59,753 nucleotides of DNA, taken from NCBI GenBank assembly GCA_964431725.1, contig CAYSKG010000001.1, forward strand, positions 17,426 through 77,178. The letters run 5' to 3'. Shown in pieces: positions 50,018-58,351 of this stretch (positions are counted from its first letter, which is position 1; every line of letters starts with the position of its first letter). Made by a program: the position numbers and the translations under genes. The DNA comes from an uncultured Candidatus Bathyarchaeia archaeon (lineage in GTDB: Archaea; Thermoproteota; Bathyarchaeia; Bathyarchaeales; DTEX01). A model generated the notes under the pieces. It worked only from the letters and a program-made list of their open reading frames with translations. It was not told where the DNA came from and did no database searches.

Positions 50018-50998
50018 TTGAAGTTTAAAGAAGTAGGCTGGAACGGCTTTCTGCTAGAGATTCCGGAAGAAATGCGTTTAACAAGCGAAGGAGGAAATAT
50101 AAAGTCAGGCTATTTAAAATTTGAAATGGAAGGCTTTTTGTTAGAAATTAGATGGGATCCATTTGAACCTAAAAAAACTAAACCTTTAGCTGAAATAGCT
50201 AATTCATTCATAAAGGAGATGAAAAAGGCTCTCGAGAAAGAAAGAAAAAAGAAGATTGATCTGAAAGTTGAGAGCATGAGTAGCATTTCAATATCTTCTC
50301 ATAACACCTACTCTATGAATATTAAATCTGGGGCAGAAAAGGATTTAGTTTACATATGGATTTGTAAAGAGAGTAAGCGCGTGATTATAGCTCACCTGAT
50401 TTCTTTGCTTCCAAAGGATAAGAGTAAAGAGATTATTGAACGTATATTAGGATCGTTTAAATGTCATTTAAATGAAAATTTTGTTCCGTGGATTGCTCTA
50501 AATTTGAAATTTCAGGTGCCAGATTCGTTTCTGCTTTCTGAAAGGAAGATTGCTGCTGGTAGAACCTATTTGATATTTAATGAACAAAAGTTTTCTGTTT
50601 TTACTGAAAAAGGTAGAAGTTTAATAATTGAATATTTCTCTATGGCAAATCTACTCTTTGAGGATACCTATAAAAACCCTGAAAAATGGTTTCAAGATAA
50701 TTATTGGAAAGATTTAAAAAAACGTGTAAAAAATATAGCTTTCCAAGCTACTGAAACTAGAAGATTCATGCGACATAAAATAATATATAAACGTGGAATT
50801 AAAAAATCTGGTTTATTGACAAGAAAAACAACCGTGAGTGAAAACTTAACATGGTACTGCTCAAAATCAAATCGTATATATTCAATAACCTTTGTTTCTT
50901 ATGTTAGTAGACCCTTCTTCTTAAAGCGAAAAATGGACGAGGAAGAAGATAAAAAAATTATGCAAAATTTCCTGTCTTCATTTAAATGTCATTTCTAG
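50018..50998 (+). CDS. Hypothetical protein with internal two-fold duplication
   Basis: 326-aa ORF. Both halves end with the same motif (ILGSFKCHL at about residue 155; FLSSFKCHF at the C-terminus), with weaker parallels elsewhere. I recognise no family. Confidence 0.5.
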   Translation: MKFKEVGWNGFLLEIPEEMRLTSEGGNIKSGYLKFEMEGFLLEIRWDPFEPKKTKPLAEIANSFIKEMKKALEKERKKKIDLKVESMSSISISSHNTYSMNIKSGAEKDLVYIWICKESKRVIIAHLISLLPKDKSKEIIERILGSFKCHLNENFVPWIALNLKFQVPDSFLLSERKIAAGRTYLIFNEQKFSVFTEKGRSLIIEYFSMANLLFEDTYKNPEKWFQDNYWKDLKKRVKNIAFQATETRRFMRHKIIYKRGIKKSGLLTRKTTVSENLTWYCSKSNRIYSITFVSYVSRPFFLKRKMDEEEDKKIMQNFLSSFKCHF

Positions 50999-51125
50999 AG
51001 TCTTTTGAGGTACTTTTCAAAGTCCCCAATTTACTGGGAATTGATCACCTTATCTACACTTAGCTTCTTACCGCTAAGAAAAATATTTAATAGTAGTGTA
51101 TCGGAGAGTATAGCGACGTAATTTC

Positions 51126-52259
51126 TTGCCCCCTCTAAAAAGGGAGGACGCTGGAATGAAAGAAAATAACAATAAGAGTGCTGATGAGCTTTCTAATGAG
51201 GAACTCGAATTTTATTCACGGCAGATAGTCCTTTCAGAGATAGGTTACAGAGGTCAGCTTAAACTCCGTAAATCGAGTGTATGTATCGTAGGGCTAGGCG
51301 GTTTAGGTTCCCCTGCGGCTTTACAATTAGCAGCCATGGGTGTTGGACATTTACGCTTAGTTGACCATGACGTTGTTGAACTTTCTAATTTGCATAGACA
51401 ATTACTCTATGGAGCAAAATATATTGGCTATCCCAAAGTTGAGGTTGCCGCCAAAAGATTGAAGGAGCTTAATCCAAATATAAAGGTCGAGCCTCTACCC
51501 ATATCAGTTAGTAGCGAAAATGCTGAAAAGATAGTTAAAGGTATGGATGTTGTTGTTGATGGGCTCGATTGTATGACGCCAAGATATGCGATAAACAGAG
51601 CTTGTCAAAAGCTTGGTGTACCCTATGTTTTTGCTGCGGCTTTAATGACCTTCGGTAATGTTTCAACCATAGTGCCGGGTAAAACGCCTTGTCTAGAATG
51701 TTTTCAAGGTAATCTCAATGATGAGATTTTGCCTACATGCGCTACTCTTGGGGTTTATACTTCTTTACTCAGTATAATATCAGGTATAGAAACTTCAGAA
51801 GCCATTAGAATACTTCTTGGCAAAGAACCACGTCTAGTGAATAAGCTTTTGCACTGTGATATTAGCGATTTAATATTTGAAGAAATAAATATCTCGAAGA
51901 TTGAGAGCTGTCCTGTTTGTGGTTCGAAGCCATCAGGTTCACCTAAACCTTTAACGAGAAAATTAATTACTGAAATCCATAGTAGAAGTGGCAAAAGGGT
52001 TTTCAGAATAATTCCTAAAGAGAATCTTAATCTTAAATTAAATGAACTTGCTTCAATAGTTGAGAATAGAGGCTTCAAAATTAAAGTTAAAGCTGAGCTT
52101 GGTATAACTTTTAAAAATGAATTCGGCGGTGTAACAAGCGTACTGAAAAGTGGTATAACGGTGGTTGAGGGAGCTGAAAGTGAGGAAGAAGCCTATAAAT
52201 CCTTTTCAGAGTTAATAATCAATAGGCTCAAAGTTTCCGCTTCGAAGATCAAAATATAA
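51126..52259 (+). CDS. ThiF/MoeB/UbaA-type E1-like adenylyltransferase with about 110-aa C-terminal extension
   Basis: YSRQI, GLGGLGSP nucleotide loop, SNLHRQ, two CxxC pairs (CLEC, CPVC) and a TCATLGV catalytic-Cys region. An extra C-terminal domain follows the second CxxC. Confidence 0.8.
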   Translation: MPPLKREDAGMKENNNKSADELSNEELEFYSRQIVLSEIGYRGQLKLRKSSVCIVGLGGLGSPAALQLAAMGVGHLRLVDHDVVELSNLHRQLLYGAKYIGYPKVEVAAKRLKELNPNIKVEPLPISVSSENAEKIVKGMDVVVDGLDCMTPRYAINRACQKLGVPYVFAAALMTFGNVSTIVPGKTPCLECFQGNLNDEILPTCATLGVYTSLLSIISGIETSEAIRILLGKEPRLVNKLLHCDISDLIFEEINISKIESCPVCGSKPSGSPKPLTRKLITEIHSRSGKRVFRIIPKENLNLKLNELASIVENRGFKIKVKAELGITFKNEFGGVTSVLKSGITVVEGAESEEEAYKSFSELIINRLKVSASKIKI

Positions 52260-52268
52260 AAGGATACA

Positions 52269-52697
52269 ATGATGATACTCAAGCTAAGTAAAGATCAGAT
52301 TAATCTATTAATTAAGGAAGCCAAAAGAAGATATCCTATAGAAATTTGCGGGGCTTTCTTTGGAATTATAAATAAGAAAAAAGAAGTTCATGTAAAAAAG
52401 ATAATTTTACTTAAAAATTTACTCAACTCTAAAACCAAATTCCAGATAGATCCCATAGAATTCTTGAAGTTTCTGTTAGAAGCTAAGAAAGAAGGCCTGC
52501 AACACGTAGGCTTCTTTCATTCCCATCCTATAGGCACAAAACCATCTACAATAGATTTAAAATATATGAAGTTATGGCCTGAAACTATATGGCTTATAAT
52601 CTCACCCCTAAATTGTAAGATATCAGCTTATCAGATAATTGATGGGTTTTTGAGTACTATTCACATTAAAATTGTTAAAGAGCGACGTATTCACTAA
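52269..52697 (+). CDS. JAMM/MPN+ metalloprotease
   Basis: EICG (catalytic Glu) and the HSHPIGTKPSTIDL (HxHx7Sx2D) JAMM motif. Starts 10 nt after the E1-like stop. Confidence 0.8.
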   Translation: MMILKLSKDQINLLIKEAKRRYPIEICGAFFGIINKKKEVHVKKIILLKNLLNSKTKFQIDPIEFLKFLLEAKKEGLQHVGFFHSHPIGTKPSTIDLKYMKLWPETIWLIISPLNCKISAYQIIDGFLSTIHIKIVKERRIH

Positions 52698-52777
52698 GGT
52701 TTCATGAATAAATATAAAGATAATAAGAAATAAAACTTTTAAAATGGAACAATTAAGGAATTAATGTTGGACGCATT

Positions 52778-53914
52778 ATGGGAAGATTAATTGTAGTTAA
52801 AGTTGGCACAAGTAGCGTAACTAAAAATGACGGTAGCTTAGATTTCGATACAATGCGTGAACTTACCGATCAAATTTCGGAGGCTATTAAAAGAGGCTAT
52901 CAGATAATACTTGTTTCTTCAGGAGCTATAGCTTCAGGAATTGCGGAGCTTGGGATAAAACCTAATCCAAATGATATAGTTTTTAAGCAGGCTTGCGCTG
53001 CTGTTGGTCAAGCCATTCTCATGGAATATTATCGTCAATTATTTAGGCGGCATGGCTTAAAGGTTGCGCAGGTTCTTTTAACAAAAGAGGATCTGGCAAA
53101 TAGAATGTCTTATGTTCATACATGTAACGTCCTGGATAAATTGCTTAATTTGGATGTTGTTCCAATAATAAATGAGAATGACGTTACGTCCGTTGATGAA
53201 ATAATGCCCATTATGAAGGGTTATAAAGTAAATTTTAGTGATAATGACATACTTTCTGTTTTAATAGCTAATGCTGTCCAAGCGGATTTAATCATTATAT
53301 TATCTGATGTTGATGGACTCTATGATGGTAATCCATCAAAAAATAAAAAAGCGCGGGTGATTCCACTAGTTGAAAAGATAACGCCTGAACTCAAGAGAAT
53401 TGCTGAAGGCAAGAGCGCTTTTGGTAGAGGAGGTATGAAAACTAAACTTGAAGCTGCAGAAATAGCCATGCAAAGTGGCATACCGCTCGTAATAGCTAAT
53501 GGACGTAGAAAAAACGTTATAATAGATATTTTGGAAGGAAAACGTGTTGGAACCTATTTTAGGCCTCTAGGCAACAGAATGCCCAGTATAAAAAGCTGGA
53601 TAGCTTATGGTGCAGGCTCTAAGGGACAAATTAAAGTTAATGAGGGAGCCAAACAATCAATTCTGAAAGGTGCAAGCCTATTAGCAGTTGGAATAGAATC
53701 AGTTTCTGGTCAATTTAAGATCGGCGACGTGGTCAGTATAGTTGGTCCCGATGACAAAGAATTCGCGCGTGGTATAGTTAATTATTCAAGTGAAGAAATA
53801 AATTTGATAAAAGGTTTAAAAACGTCGCAGATAAAAAAAGTTTTAGGTTACATAAGACGAAAAGAAATTATTGTCAGAAAACTTATGCATATAATTAATA
53901 AAGAGGCGGGTTAA
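52778..53914 (+). CDS. proB: Glutamate 5-kinase with PUA domain
   Basis: VVKVGTSS, VSSGAI, NENDV and SDVDGLY motifs, plus a C-terminal PUA-like region. Confidence 0.9.
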   Translation: MGRLIVVKVGTSSVTKNDGSLDFDTMRELTDQISEAIKRGYQIILVSSGAIASGIAELGIKPNPNDIVFKQACAAVGQAILMEYYRQLFRRHGLKVAQVLLTKEDLANRMSYVHTCNVLDKLLNLDVVPIINENDVTSVDEIMPIMKGYKVNFSDNDILSVLIANAVQADLIIILSDVDGLYDGNPSKNKKARVIPLVEKITPELKRIAEGKSAFGRGGMKTKLEAAEIAMQSGIPLVIANGRRKNVIIDILEGKRVGTYFRPLGNRMPSIKSWIAYGAGSKGQIKVNEGAKQSILKGASLLAVGIESVSGQFKIGDVVSIVGPDDKEFARGIVNYSSEEINLIKGLKTSQIKKVLGYIRRKEIIVRKLMHIINKEAG

Positions 53915-53918
53915 ATAG

Positions 53919-55181
53919 ATGAGTGAAAAAATAAGTGAACTTATTTTGAACATATGTAAAAAAGCTAAGAAAGCATCCTATATTCTAGCTAGACTACCAA
54001 CAGAAGTCAAAAATAAAGCCCTATATAACATGGCTGATGCCCTAGAAAAGAACGCTGAAGAAATACTTGAAGCCAATAAAAAAGATGTTGAGGCGTCAAG
54101 GGCTAAAGGCGTTAAAGAAGCCCTGCTCGACCGGCTTATCTTAACTAAATCTAGAATCTCAAAGATGGCGCAATGTCTGAGAGAAGTCGCTGAACTTCCA
54201 GATCCTGTAGGTGAAATAGTGAAAACATGGACTAGACCTAATGGTTTAATAATCGGGCAAATAAGAGTTCCATTAGGTGTTGTAGCAGTAATCTACGAAT
54301 CCCGTCCAGATGTAACATCTGATGCAACTGGAATATGTCTAAAATCCGGTAATGCCGTCATTTTAAGGGGAGGATCAGACGCCATAAACTCCAATATTGT
54401 TATAGGGAAAATTTTAAGCGAAGCTGCTATAAGCTCAGGGATTCCAGAGGGTGCAATACAAGTTGTCCCAGTAACTGAAAGAAGCGCAGCCCTAGAATTA
54501 ATGAAAATGAGAGAATATGTAGACGTCTTAATACCAAGAGGTGGAGCTGGTCTTATTAGAGCCGTTATAGAGAACGCTAAAGTTCCAGTTATTGAAACTG
54601 GAACTGGCAATTGTCACATATATGTCGAAAGCGACGCGGATTTAGATAAAGCCGTAAATATAATAATCAATGCTAAGTGTCAAAGACCGGGAACATGTAA
54701 TGCTGCTGAGAAGCTTCTTGTTCATAGAGATATAGCCCAAAAATTTCTTCCAAGAATCATTAACGAACTACGCAATCATGGCGTTGAAATTAGGGGTTGT
54801 GAAGAAACCCGAAAGATTGTTCCAGATGTTAAACCAGCGACTGAGGAAGACTGGTATACTGAATATTTGGACCTAATAATAGGCATTAAAGTTGTAAGCG
54901 GATTGGATGAGGCTATAGCTCATATAAATAAATATGGAACAAAACATTCAGATGCGATACTAACCTCCGACTTCAATAAGGCTTTACGCTTCATTAAAGA
55001 TGTTGATTCTGCAGCTGTTTACTGGAATGCCTCAACACGCTTCACAGATGGAAATCAATATGGACTTGGAGCAGAGATAGGAATAAGTACACAGAAACTA
55101 CATGCACGCGGACCAATGAGCGTACAACACTTAACAAGTATCAAATATTTCGTTCTCGGTCGAGGACATGTAAGAGAATAA
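53919..55181 (+). CDS. proA: Gamma-glutamyl phosphate reductase
   Basis: IYESRPDV, LRGG, CNAAE (catalytic Cys) and HSDAI motifs. Directly follows proB. Confidence 0.9.
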   Translation: MSEKISELILNICKKAKKASYILARLPTEVKNKALYNMADALEKNAEEILEANKKDVEASRAKGVKEALLDRLILTKSRISKMAQCLREVAELPDPVGEIVKTWTRPNGLIIGQIRVPLGVVAVIYESRPDVTSDATGICLKSGNAVILRGGSDAINSNIVIGKILSEAAISSGIPEGAIQVVPVTERSAALELMKMREYVDVLIPRGGAGLIRAVIENAKVPVIETGTGNCHIYVESDADLDKAVNIIINAKCQRPGTCNAAEKLLVHRDIAQKFLPRIINELRNHGVEIRGCEETRKIVPDVKPATEEDWYTEYLDLIIGIKVVSGLDEAIAHINKYGTKHSDAILTSDFNKALRFIKDVDSAAVYWNASTRFTDGNQYGLGAEIGISTQKLHARGPMSVQHLTSIKYFVLGRGHVRE

Positions 55182-55352
55182 GTTCCTGACTGGATACGAA
55201 AGCATCAACATTTTTCATTTTTTCGGCTATTTACTAAAATCTAATTTGTTTTTCTACTCCTTAAATCAAATTCAAGTTGATTAAACAGGCTTTTCAGCAA
55301 CCAAAAATTAATTTTCATTGAAAATTTATACATATAGCTAGTAGAGCTAGGA

Positions 55353-56072
55353 TTGAATATGAGTAGTATTGAAAGAGAAATCTTAGTCGCCATTTTAAAG
55401 ACCACTACAAAAAACAATCATGTTGAAGTAGAAGAGATCAGTAAGGAGGCCAGGGTTCCTAGCGAAGTAACTAGAAGATTTTTAATAAAATTCCATGAAG
55501 AAAATTTTCTAGAATTAAAAGATGAAGATAAAGTAGTTGTCGCTGGTTGGCAACGCTGAAAAATAGCTGAGAAAGCCATTATTTTAGGCGCGGATATTGA
55601 GAGAACATCAAGATTTCTAACATGGTCTGAATTTGAAAGTTTTTCTAAATCAATTTTTGAAGTAAACGGTTTTAAAGTTAAGAAGAATTTGCATTTCACA
55701 TGGCTGAAGAAAAAGTGGGAAATAGACGTATTAGGCCTTAAAAATCCAATAATTATTTCGGTTGACTGTAAACACTGGCATAAAAGATGGAGTGGGGCTG
55801 CAAGCATAAGGGCTGCAATAGATCAAATCGAAAGGACAAGAGCATTAGCTAAAGCCTCTAAAGACATTATGGACAAAATAGGTATCAGGGGGTGGAAACA
55901 TGCATATTTTATACCCATAGTATTATCGCTTTCTCCTTCTCAACATAAATTCTATAAAAGAACCCCTATAGTGCCAATATTTCAACTTAAAGACTTTCTA
56001 GAGAACGTTGTCTTTCATCTAAACGAGATAAACAGTTTTCATGTAACTTATACTTCTCTAGATAATTTTTGA
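55353..56072 (+). pseudogene. wHTH + PD-(D/E)xK (restriction-endonuclease-like) nuclease, interrupted by an in-frame TGA
   Basis: ORFs 55353..55559 and 55689..56072 are in the same frame. The sequence between them is open except for the TGA at 55557-55559 (VAGWQR*KIAEKAIILGADIE). The nuclease core reads EIDVLG...ISVDCKHW. Confidence 0.6.
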
Positions 56073-56189
56073 ATGATAATCATAGATGTTAATTAAGACC
56101 AAAATTCAATTCCTAGATAAAATAACTCTCATGATTATTTTTGGACATTTAAATGATCCCTTCTTCCAAAACATTCATGATAATCATGA
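56073..56189. promoter_or_regulatory. Two copies of a palindromic motif ATGAT-A-ATCAT (second copy extended to TCATGATAATCATGA)
   Basis: The copies are at 56073-56083 and 56175-56189, with a partial half-site ATGATTAT at 56131-56138. They lie in the intergenic region upstream of the wHTH gene at 56331. Confidence 0.3.
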
Positions 56190-56330
56190 AAACATCAGGT
56201 AACACGGTCATTATTATTCCCGATTCTAGTTTGAAAAATTAGATATTCTAGAAATTCTCAAAAGTAATTATGTGGAAAATTTTATAAGTTTTACGAGGAT
56301 AAATTTTTCATCCAAAAAGAGGTTTAAAAA

Positions 56331-56630
56331 ATGCCCCAATTGAATAAAGAATTAATTGAAATAATAAATGTGTCCATGCCTTTTCCAGCCGAGGTTATTG
56401 CAGCCTACTCGCGTCTAGGAATGGTTTTCACAAGCGGTGATCTTGCAAGAGAAGCCAGCATTCCTCGGTCAACTGCAAAATATTATGTGAGAAAAATGCT
56501 TAAGATGCATATGATCTCTAAAGTGCCCTATAAAAAGAAGTATCAAAAGTATGCTAACGCAAAGAATTTTTCAGACTGGCTTATGGATCTGATAAGATTG
56601 GCCATAAGACCGCTTGAGGAAAAGAAATAA
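56331..56630 (+). CDS. Small winged-helix DNA-binding protein
   Basis: 99 aa. FTSGDLAREASIPRSTAKYYVRKMLKMHMI is HTH-like. Confidence 0.5.
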   Translation: MPQLNKELIEIINVSMPFPAEVIAAYSRLGMVFTSGDLAREASIPRSTAKYYVRKMLKMHMISKVPYKKKYQKYANAKNFSDWLMDLIRLAIRPLEEKK

Positions 56631-56663
56631 TTACTCAAAAAAGAATCTGAAAGGTGCTGATGG

Positions 56664-57122
56664 TTGTCGCTAAGAGAGTTGGCTGCGAAAAGTAAACGGA
56701 GAGGCACAGGCAGACATGGTAGAATTCTAACAATAAAAGAGATTAGACGTATAAGAAAACGCGGTTATCAAGCTGAGAGAGATCTTGTAAGAAAACTTCG
56801 TGAGGCAGGTTTTAAGTCCGTTAGGATCCCGGTGTCTGCTCCCAGTAAGGAGCCTTTGCCAGATGTTTTTGCGACGAAAGGAAACTATATAATAGCTTTT
56901 GAGGTTAAGGCTCCAAAGGCTAAAAAAGCTTACTTCCCAAGAGATCAGATTAAAAAGTTATTTGACTTCTTAGAGATGTTCGAAGCTTACTCTGTTAAAC
57001 TTGCAGTAATAGGCGCAAAATTTCCTTATAAATGGGTTTTTAAGAAAATAGATAAGGTTGATGATTATTCGATTCACAGAGATGAAAAAAGTAATATAAA
57101 TTTCGAAGCAATAAACTGCTAA
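56664..57122 (+). CDS. hjc: Holliday junction resolvase Hjc (archaeal), with basic N-terminal extension
   Basis: RGYQAERDLVRKLREAGF...PLPDVFA...IAFEVKA matches the Hjc E...PD...ExK catalytic pattern. Confidence 0.75.
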   Translation: MSLRELAAKSKRRGTGRHGRILTIKEIRRIRKRGYQAERDLVRKLREAGFKSVRIPVSAPSKEPLPDVFATKGNYIIAFEVKAPKAKKAYFPRDQIKKLFDFLEMFEAYSVKLAVIGAKFPYKWVFKKIDKVDDYSIHRDEKSNINFEAINC

Positions 57123-57405
57123 AGAAATGTTGCTCGCAATCCTATAGACACTTTTTTAGTCCGAAAGTTAGATATATCATATTTCATGAAGCCCCTAGAA
57201 TTTTTTCAGAAAAGACCTTCTTCTTTTCCGTTAATGGCCGGAACTTGATAAAGGAAAGACTAAAAATATGCACGAATCCAACGTTTCCTTTTTCATAAAT
57301 TCTCTTATTTTTTAGAGAAAGACAGAAAAATAATCCATTTATAGAATCCTTCATAAAATTTATTAACCTCTAATTAATCTCCTATGATATGGTGAAAGGT
57401 ACTAA

Positions 57406-58245
57406 TTGTCGTTTGAAATACAGGACTTAGTAGATGTTTTAAGAGTATTCATCCTAATCGAGCTTGATAAAGATCCATTGTCGAAAAAAAATTTGAAGCG
57501 TAGAATAGATAATCTTTGTAAGGGTCGCTTCTTTATCGAAGCAAAAGATCTAGATGAGACGTTAAAGAGCATGAGTGATGAAGGTCTAATAATTGAGAGC
57601 GATGGATATGTCCAATTAACTGAGAAGGGGCTTCAAATAAGTGATGAATGGCGGAATCTTCTTCTAAAGGATGAGCCCATCTTAGAAGTTGTTGCCGGAA
57701 TAGCCGATGGATCAGTGAGTGGTCTTGTGATAATTCTTTCATCTCTTATAGCTGGATTAACAACTAGTATAACACTTGTTGCAGCTCTCTTGAGTCTAGC
57801 TACGGTAGCTATAACAAACTTTTCAAGCTTCTTATTGGGTGGAATGACTGAAGACATAGCTGATGTAATCACTCTGCAGAATTTGATAACTTATAGCTTA
57901 AGCGATATACCTGATGCTAGAGAGAAAGAAAAATCACTCTTTCTAGCTAGAGAAATGCTTAATTTACTACGGAAAAAAAGAGGTAAAATGAGCATTTTAT
58001 CTGCTTCAACATGTGGAATAACCACATTTATTTCAGGTATCACCCCTATAGCCACGTATCTCATGTTACCCTACCCCTTTAACATACTTGTTTCCATGTC
58101 TATAGTTGGAATAATAACGGGTATTTTCCTAGTACATTACCGTTCCACTAAGGCAAAAATACCTTGGAAAATAACACTCCTCCAAACAGTTGTTATTATG
58201 ACGGTGGCTATTATAGCTTCATTAATTTTGAGCGCAAGCATATAA
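57406..58245 (+). CDS. wHTH-like N-terminal domain fused to a VIT1/CCC1-like membrane domain
   Basis: VAGIADGSVSGLVIILSSLIAG resembles the VIT-family DG(L/S)VS motif in TM1. An acidic loop and further TM segments follow. The N-terminal 80 aa look like a wHTH. Confidence 0.5.
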   Translation: MSFEIQDLVDVLRVFILIELDKDPLSKKNLKRRIDNLCKGRFFIEAKDLDETLKSMSDEGLIIESDGYVQLTEKGLQISDEWRNLLLKDEPILEVVAGIADGSVSGLVIILSSLIAGLTTSITLVAALLSLATVAITNFSSFLLGGMTEDIADVITLQNLITYSLSDIPDAREKEKSLFLAREMLNLLRKKRGKMSILSASTCGITTFISGITPIATYLMLPYPFNILVSMSIVGIITGIFLVHYRSTKAKIPWKITLLQTVVIMTVAIIASLILSASI

Positions 58246-58351
58246 AATGGCTTGTCTAATAATGTAAAAATTTAAAATCATTTTTATCTCTATTTTCTAT
58301 CTTAATGACAACAATCTAAATTTGCTTCCCTAGCATAGAGCATTTAATCTC

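Noticed and set aside
55557-55559. In-frame TGA, considered as selenocysteine or a reassigned codon.
   Set aside because: TGA clearly terminates other genes in the window, for example the M42 peptidase at 12115-12117. The position aligns with a hydrophobic helix residue, not a redox Cys. No obvious stem-loop follows it.
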